Source: Corallochytrium limacisporum Hawaii (lineage: Eukaryota; Protista; Pluriformea). Taken from it: a stretch of DNA of 64,000 nucleotides. Positions 58,256 to 64,000 of the stretch are shown piece after piece (position 1 is the stretch's first letter; the number at the start of each line of letters is the position of its first letter). A model generated the notes under the pieces. It saw nothing but the letters and a program-made list of their open reading frames with translations, did not search any database and was not told the origin of the DNA. The translations under genes were made by a program, and so were the position numbers. The DNA lies in NCBI GenBank assembly GCA_002811645.1, contig PDIP01000034.1:117216-181215 (forward strand). The letters are read 5' to 3'.

Positions 58256-58684
58256 TCACCACAATGATTGTACATACACGTTATGGGCCTTACGCAACCT
58301 CTCCTTGCGGTTCGAAGTCCAATATTGCTCCGTCCGTTCTATACGAGACTCTGCGGCTGCCTTCGCCTGTGCTTCCTGATCCAAGCGCCTCTGTTTATGG
58401 CGAGAAACCAGCCTCGCTTTACTCCGGTCGACCGATTGTGTTGAAGCAGTGGCAGCTGTGCGCTGCCATTGCATAATACGACTAAACAGTCGCATGCTTT
58501 CTATAGTGTATATGACACTTGACCCTTCACGACATTGTCCGCTTTCCCCAGAGGCCATGCGTGACTCGACGCTTGATACCAACAACTCTGATCCCGTTGA
58601 TTTCGATACTCTGAGTAGCACGTGTAGTTGATTTGAAATAAGTTCATGTATGACTGGTACATGCTGGAGCGTATACCGGGACAT
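58256..58684 (-). CDS. Possible short or degenerate hypothetical gene (coiled-coil-like C-terminal half)
   Basis: 142-aa ATG ORF downstream of a GC island (about 58820-59000). A GTATGT...ACTAAC..CAG intron-like pair lies at 58277-58210. No family recognised. Confidence 0.3.
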   Translation of the reverse strand: MSRYTLQHVPVIHELISNQLHVLLRVSKSTGSELLVSSVESRMASGESGQCREGSSVIYTIESMRLFSRIMQWQRTAATASTQSVDRSKARLVSRHKQRRLDQEAQAKAAAESRIERTEQYWTSNRKERLRKAHNVYVQSLW

Positions 58685-59139
58685 TCTAATTCCGTTGGCT
58701 ATTTAAGTTGGCCACGGCCAGACATATGATGACCGGGACCGTCCCAACGCGCGCAGTAAGAGGCAACTGCGCTCGAGACATTTCCTCTTTGGATGTGTAA
58801 TGTTTGTTCACATAGCGATCGGCCTGGCCTTGGAGGGGCCCCAAACGGAGAAGGAGAGCAAATGGCCAGGGCTCCCCAGCTCGGCTCCGAAACGTTACCC
58901 CATCAGTCTTCGTGGGCCCCACGCATACTTTACAGCACGTAAACAGCCACTGTTGGGCCGGAAGGGGGCGGAAGGGACTGTGTGCGGTGTGAAACATCGG
59001 CGAGAGGGCAAAATTTGGCATCTCAGTACATTCACTATAAACAAATGCGTACATATTTCAATCTGATATGATTCATTTTGATTTCAAATTCGATTAATAT
59101 CACCAGCTGGTAGGGGAAAAAGTAGGAGGTTTCTCTGGT

Positions 59140-60522
59140 TTAGATGCGCTCAAAATATCGAGAGGCTTCCCAGTCTGTTACGGCCTCTTCCCAGGCTTTC
59201 AGTTCCTGCTTGAAGAAGTTGCTATAGTGCATCTGTACCACGTCACCAAAGGCTTCCTTCACCACGGGACTGTTCTCGAAGCGATGGTATGCTTCTCTCA
59301 GCGTATTCGGGACTTCCGGGAGTTCTCGTGCAGAGTAAATGTCGCCATCAAACATCTCGGGCGGCATTAACTTCTCCTCCAGTCCCTTCATGCCCGCAGC
59401 CAGACTGGCTGCAAAGGCCATGTAAATGTTGCAGTCAGCACCTGGGATACGACACTCAATCCGCAAAGCCTCTCCCTCTCCGACGATGCGGAAACCTGCG
59501 GTGCGGTTGTCCATGCACCAGGCTAGCTTGGTCGGTGCCCAACTTTCGCTGATGTAACGCTTGTAGCTGTTTACGGTAGGTGCGTAGCAGACCATGAAAT
59601 CCGGAGTATACTTGATCCAACCGGCCAGGAAATGCAAGAAAGTGTCACTGACACCCTTCAGGCGGCCACTGTCCCTGTTTCCCAGGAACGGACTCTTGCC
59701 TCCCTCTGGTCTACGAAGGCTCATGTGAATGTGACAGGAGCTGCCACTCTGTTCCTGTGTTGGCTTAGCCATGAAAGTCACACTAATATTGTGGCTGTCT
59801 GCGAGATTCTTAATGCATGACTTATACACTTGGTGCTGATCGGCCATGAGCAGGACATCATCGTAGCGAATGTTGAGCTCATGCTGGCCAATGCCCGCCT
59901 CTCCCTTGCTGTTTTCCACTTGCAAACCACTCCGCTTTAGGTGTCTGCGGGCGTCCGCCATGAACGGCTCCTCACGATGCATCTGGAGCAGTTGGTAGTC
60001 TTCCACGTACTGACTGATGGGTTCGAGTCCATGGTAGTGGCACTTGCCCGCTTCGCGATAGCTCTGGCGGAAAGTGTAGAACTCCAACTCGGATGCTCCC
60101 ATGGCCTTAAAACCAAACTTATCCAAGAGTTTGTCACACTGAGCGTGGAGCACGGACCGCGGGGCGACAGGCACTAACTCATGCGTGTGCTCGTCAAAAG
60201 TGTCGCAGACAATGATAGCCATCTTGTCTAACCAACTAGCAACTCGACAGGAGCGGTAGTCGGGCTTGATACGGAAGTCACCGTAGCCTTTCTCCCAATT
60301 GAAGAGCGAGTATCCGGGCACAGGATTCATATCGATATCAACCGCAAGTAGGTAGTTGCAACAGCTGGTCTCTTCCTCTTCTAGCCAGAACTCGCCATCT
60401 ATAATCTTACCGCACAGGCGGCCATAGTGGTCCGTGAAGGCAAGAGTAACCTGATCAATCTCCTCAGACTGGATCTTTTTCTTTAGGCCCTCTTTGGTGA
60501 GGATACCCTTCTTGTACGACAT
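59140..60522 (-). CDS. Type I glutamine synthetase-like ligase, GlnA4-like (gamma-glutamyl-amine synthetase subgroup)
   Basis: FTDHYGRLCGK, CNYLLAVDIDMNPVPGY..FNWEKGYGDF, SELEFY, KGEAGIGQHELNIRY, FMAKP..SGSSCHIH, APTVNSYKR...SWAPT..AW..DNRT, RIECRIPGAD. First in-frame ATG at 60522. Confidence 0.9.
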   Translation of the reverse strand: MSYKKGILTKEGLKKKIQSEEIDQVTLAFTDHYGRLCGKIIDGEFWLEEEETSCCNYLLAVDIDMNPVPGYSLFNWEKGYGDFRIKPDYRSCRVASWLDKMAIIVCDTFDEHTHELVPVAPRSVLHAQCDKLLDKFGFKAMGASELEFYTFRQSYREAGKCHYHGLEPISQYVEDYQLLQMHREEPFMADARRHLKRSGLQVENSKGEAGIGQHELNIRYDDVLLMADQHQVYKSCIKNLADSHNISVTFMAKPTQEQSGSSCHIHMSLRRPEGGKSPFLGNRDSGRLKGVSDTFLHFLAGWIKYTPDFMVCYAPTVNSYKRYISESWAPTKLAWCMDNRTAGFRIVGEGEALRIECRIPGADCNIYMAFAASLAAGMKGLEEKLMPPEMFDGDIYSARELPEVPNTLREAYHRFENSPVVKEAFGDVVQMHYSNFFKQELKAWEEAVTDWEASRYFERI

Positions 60523-60723
60523 GGCTCTTCTCAGTTTACGATGCGGCGTGTGTAGGTAACGACGCGATCTACATGGTATGGCACAATGAATGATTCTGCT
60601 TAGCACATAGCCGATCTAATGTAGCTGGCAGTGACCCCATACAATGTCATGACCTCACCAATCTGGTAGTCGCTGTTTTCGGTGTCACTTGTTCATCTCC
60701 ATCCTCTTCCTGTTGGCCCCCCC

Positions 60724-60773
60724 NNNNNNNNNNNNNNNNNNNNNNNNNNNNNNNNNNNNNNNNNNNNNNNNNN
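60724..60773. other. Assembly gap within a poly-C tract
   Basis: Run of N flanked by C runs. Confidence 1.
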
Positions 60774-61554
60774 CCCCCCCCCCCCCCTCAAACTTGATGA
60801 CCGATCGTACCTCACTGCTGTGGCAGTAACGGAGGTGTGTCAGGATTTCGAACGTCCATAGCCAACGCTTGCTTAAATGGATGTAGGATAGGAAAATATG
60901 AGGCATACCAACACAATACGACTGATCCCAGAAGCACAACAGTAGACCTACCGGAAACGGCTATCAAAGCTTTCCTCCCATATACACACACACCCAGCAT
61001 GCTGTTAGGAGTTTAGCGGCCCCTCACTGTGTCCATAATATACTACCGTCCCTTCAGGTATTCCGCAACAACAATGGATGAAAGCCCACCCAGTTAGTCG
61101 CCCCTTCCAAACCCAGTCGAAGGCTGTGTGCTCGGTACACTCGCTACGAATGCGCACTTGGCGGCCCCTTCAAACCCCTCCCCCCACCGCGGCATAAGAT
61201 AAGTTCAGTTTGATTCACAGAAGCCAAGCTGAAGTATATAAAACTCAATCGGGGGTTCACTGTTCGGACGGATGGGGGGTTTTCGTTTCCCTTGCTCGCT
61301 TGCTGTCGGGTGCCTTTGGTCTGCCACTGTAGTCGCTGCACGAGTTCCGTGGGGAAAGGGGCGTCTCTAGCATTAGCGTACCGGTACACAATCAATTTAC
61401 CAGCTGTTTAGGATCGATGTCAGGGTAGGAAGGATGGATCGTCACAGTACGCGCAATCGAAACACACTCAAGCTGCCAACGAGAACAGCGGAAAGGATGG
61501 GTTGATTAATAAAGGGTGCAGAGTGCACAGGACCATAAGTCACTGCAGGCCACG

Positions 61555-62389
61555 ATGGTCACAACAGTTGAACTGTATAAGAAGAATCGTAAGATAGCAG
61601 AAATTCAACGCCTGGACGATATCATGCATCTACTGAGGTCCAGCAACAGAACCGGTGACCAGCTGTTGATTGATGCCGCCAATAAGGATGCTTTTAGAAA
61701 GGCAGAAAGGCACGCATGACAGACGCAGATTTCGCTCCCCTGAGCAAGGCCATTGCTGACGCTGGTATAGAGTCCTCCCTGAACTTTGGGAACCAGCGCA
61801 TCTCGGATGAGTCACCGGAGGCTTTAGATTATCTCATTCTGCCATCGGAAATGCGTTACAGCAGAGTGAGACCTTAACCCTGCTAACACTGACGGGAAAC
61901 AAATTTGGGGACGACGGAAGGGTCCACATTCCCCGAGCTCTGCAGGTTAACAAGAGCTTGACGCACCTTAATGTAGCGTACACAGACAGTGGTATGAAAA
62001 GCATCCTGGCCTATGCTGCCGTCCTGTAGAAGAACATTACTCTCGTGTCCTTGGACATTAGCAGCAGCCCGCTGCTGTCCAAACTTGAGAATGACAAGGC
62101 ACCGACCGAAATTGGGCACCACCTGGGGCAAATGCTGGAGAACAACCGATCCCTGACACACCTTAGCATGCGTAATTGTCAGATCAAACAGAGCACCTCG
62201 GGGCCTTTGTGGAGTGTATGCCTCAGAACCAGTCTCTTCAATATCTTGATTGGAGTCGATATCGGAATCAGCCGGGATCGTTTTGGGGTACAAGCACGGC
62301 AGCGCTTTCACGAAGAGCAAGATTTGCAAAAACACACAGACATTAAGACGTATGTCGTGGATGGGCACATCCATGTGGCCAAGCGATAA
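61555..62389 (+). pseudogene. LRRC34: LRRC34 (RNase-inhibitor-type LRR, ciliary/radial-spoke protein) pseudogene
   Basis: Colinear fragments RMTDADFAPLSKAI / LTLTGNKFGDDG...ALQVNKSLTHLNV..D.GMKSILAYAAVL* / HHLGQMLENNRSL / NQSLQYLDWS / TDIKTYVVDGHIHVA. Frameshifts near 61715, 61835, 62187 and 62267, an in-frame TAG at 62027-62029, and missing repeats. Confidence 0.8.
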
Positions 62390-62508
62390 GAGGAACTTTG
62401 AATTAACAGGCCATCGTGTACCATGGCGACGCATCTGTGGAAATAAAGAGAATCTACTTATTACGTGCAAATGAATGATGACTACACATCACTTCTTATT
62501 TGTTATGC

Positions 62509-62512
<4 letters not shown>

Positions 62513-62544
<32 letters not shown>

Positions 62545-62546
62545 GT
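62513..62546. repeat. (GT)n microsatellite
   Basis: Near-perfect dinucleotide run. Confidence 0.95.
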
Positions 62547-62554
62547 CGCCTTCT

Positions 62555-63460
62555 TTACCCATTCTTATTGACTTCAAACTTATCTTGCACCAAGTGACAG
62601 AGGTTGGAGATTAAGTATCCTGACAGATCTCGCCAAGTGGAGTAGAAGTAGCTGACGAAGGGAACGCTCATGATCATGGACTCAAAGCTCCACAGGTCCT
62701 CATGGCGCTGGATCTTGCCAGAGTCGGCGTGGACGGTTATCTTACTGATCTGGCGCAGGTTTAAGGTAAAGGGGCTCAACCACGGCCGGTACGCCACCAC
62801 GGATTCGAAGGAGATGAAGTTACCCTCGCTCAGGAAGTTATGTTCCACCACCTTGCAGGAAGCGAACAAGGTGCGCAAGGCAGCGAACTGTGCACGGAAA
62901 TCCTTGATTTCGTAGGTCTTCACCAGGGGATCCTCGAATTCACAATCTTTCTCGTAGTAGGCCAGGATGATTTGGTCCAGGTCTTCCCCGCGGATGTCAC
63001 TGTCGTACAGGCCCAGGAGGGCACTGTGCAGCTCGCTCTTGGCGATGCCTTTGTCCATTTTGGTAGGTGAGAAAGTCGCATGCATAGGGATGGTTTCCAG
63101 AACTTTGCGCGATTGGTCCGGAGTCCCGGGTGCACTGGATCTCTGTGATGCAGCACGGACCTTTTCCTCTACGGCAAAAACCTCCTCAGCCTCCTTGGAA
63201 GTTGCCTGGATGGGCTCGAAGCTGTCCTTGGAGTTGTTGCTGTCGTCGGTTGTGCCGTTGCGATTGGTTAGCTTCTTAATCCGGTTTGTGAGACGCCGGG
63301 TCACGTTGGCAGCGCCCTTCTTCTCTGTTCCGACTGTGGGATTGGTTACTTCGTTATTGGTGAGCTGATCCTCTGATGACATGTTTGTGAGTAGCTCCTC
63401 TCTTCCGCTATGTTCCGATGATTGTGATACTGAATTCCATAAGTCTTCAGTGTTGGCCAT
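62555..63460 (-). CDS. NTF2/SnoaL-like domain protein with disordered N-terminus
   Basis: YYEKDCEFEDPLV..., GKIQRHEDLWS; 301-aa ATG ORF. Confidence 0.72.
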   Translation of the reverse strand: MANTEDLWNSVSQSSEHSGREELLTNMSSEDQLTNNEVTNPTVGTEKKGAANVTRRLTNRIKKLTNRNGTTDDSNNSKDSFEPIQATSKEAEEVFAVEEKVRAASQRSSAPGTPDQSRKVLETIPMHATFSPTKMDKGIAKSELHSALLGLYDSDIRGEDLDQIILAYYEKDCEFEDPLVKTYEIKDFRAQFAALRTLFASCKVVEHNFLSEGNFISFESVVAYRPWLSPFTLNLRQISKITVHADSGKIQRHEDLWSFESMIMSVPFVSYFYSTWRDLSGYLISNLCHLVQDKFEVNKNG

Positions 63461-64000
63461 GGAGCCTATCCTCCCCTCTTGACGTACCCTGTTAGAATCT
63501 TATGTCCGATGGCATGACCAAGCAATCCCAGACAGTGCATTCTTTGCAAAGCTTGAAGGCGCGCCAAACCGCGACATCACCAATTTTCGCATCGGTATGG
63601 GTAAATCACATTTGTTCATGGTTGCCCTTCCATTACGTGATATCAAAAAATCGCTTCGCGTTTCCATCAGCGCTTGTGCGTTCAAAGGGGAAATTCACTC
63701 AGGGCACCAGATTGGAGAGTGATAGGGACAGTTGCTGCTGAGGATCTCCTGTGCTGGTTGGTGTGCTATCAGCAACCCTTGAAAGCCATCTGTCGCCTTT
63801 CGCTTCATCGTCGTTTCGGTTTCGGCCGTGTTTCGTCTTTATTGTCTCATCAAACGCCGGAGCGCTGTATCGTTCTTTCGCCTTTCCGGCGCCGTGTTCA
63901 TTTTCATAGTGGAAGTACCACAGTGCCGATGTGTAGGGACCCAAGCCCCTTTCCTTCCCTTTCGTACATTCCAGCCTAATCTCCATCCAAACCCATCCCC

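Noticed and set aside
62027-62029. Stop-codon reassignment or readthrough as an explanation of the LRRC34 TAG
   Set aside because: The same locus has several frameshifts and deletions, and TAG terminates intact genes elsewhere in the window.

Overview
Eukaryotic, gene-dense and almost intron-free window with three N-gaps. It looks like a unicellular opisthokont, probably a holozoan (inference from animal-like CPT1, PDCD6, LEPROT with apparently animal-type intron positions, NBR1 and HROB, together with a sterol C24-methyltransferase). About 21 protein-coding genes are recognisable, mostly in alternating divergent/convergent orientation: CPT1-like, COPS6, FARSA, PSMG3-like, a T1-less Kv channel, VPS50, MRPL49, HROB, an orphan ending in -ARL, PDCD6, a DASS/Pho87-like transporter, a head-to-head squalene synthase + sterol methyltransferase pair, a C2H2 zinc-finger ORF plus a WD40-like ORF, LEPROT/Vps55 (the only clearly spliced gene), PIN1, NBR1-like, a tandem-CWCH2 zinc-finger factor behind a ~12 kb gene desert, a bacterial-type GlnA4-like ligase and an NTF2/SnoaL-like protein. 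Most notable: (1) the zinc-finger ORF ends in an in-phase A_AAA_AAC slippery heptamer directly before its stop, and the -1 frame continues for 680 codons into the WD40-like ORF, so this is a candidate programmed -1 frameshift (or a one-base assembly error); (2) a clearly decayed pseudogene of the ciliary gene LRRC34, with a weaker possible polycystin-2-like relic, suggesting flagellar gene loss in progress; (3) a bidirectional sterol gene pair with SRE-like and CCAAT elements. All protein identifications come from remembered family motifs; no searches were run.
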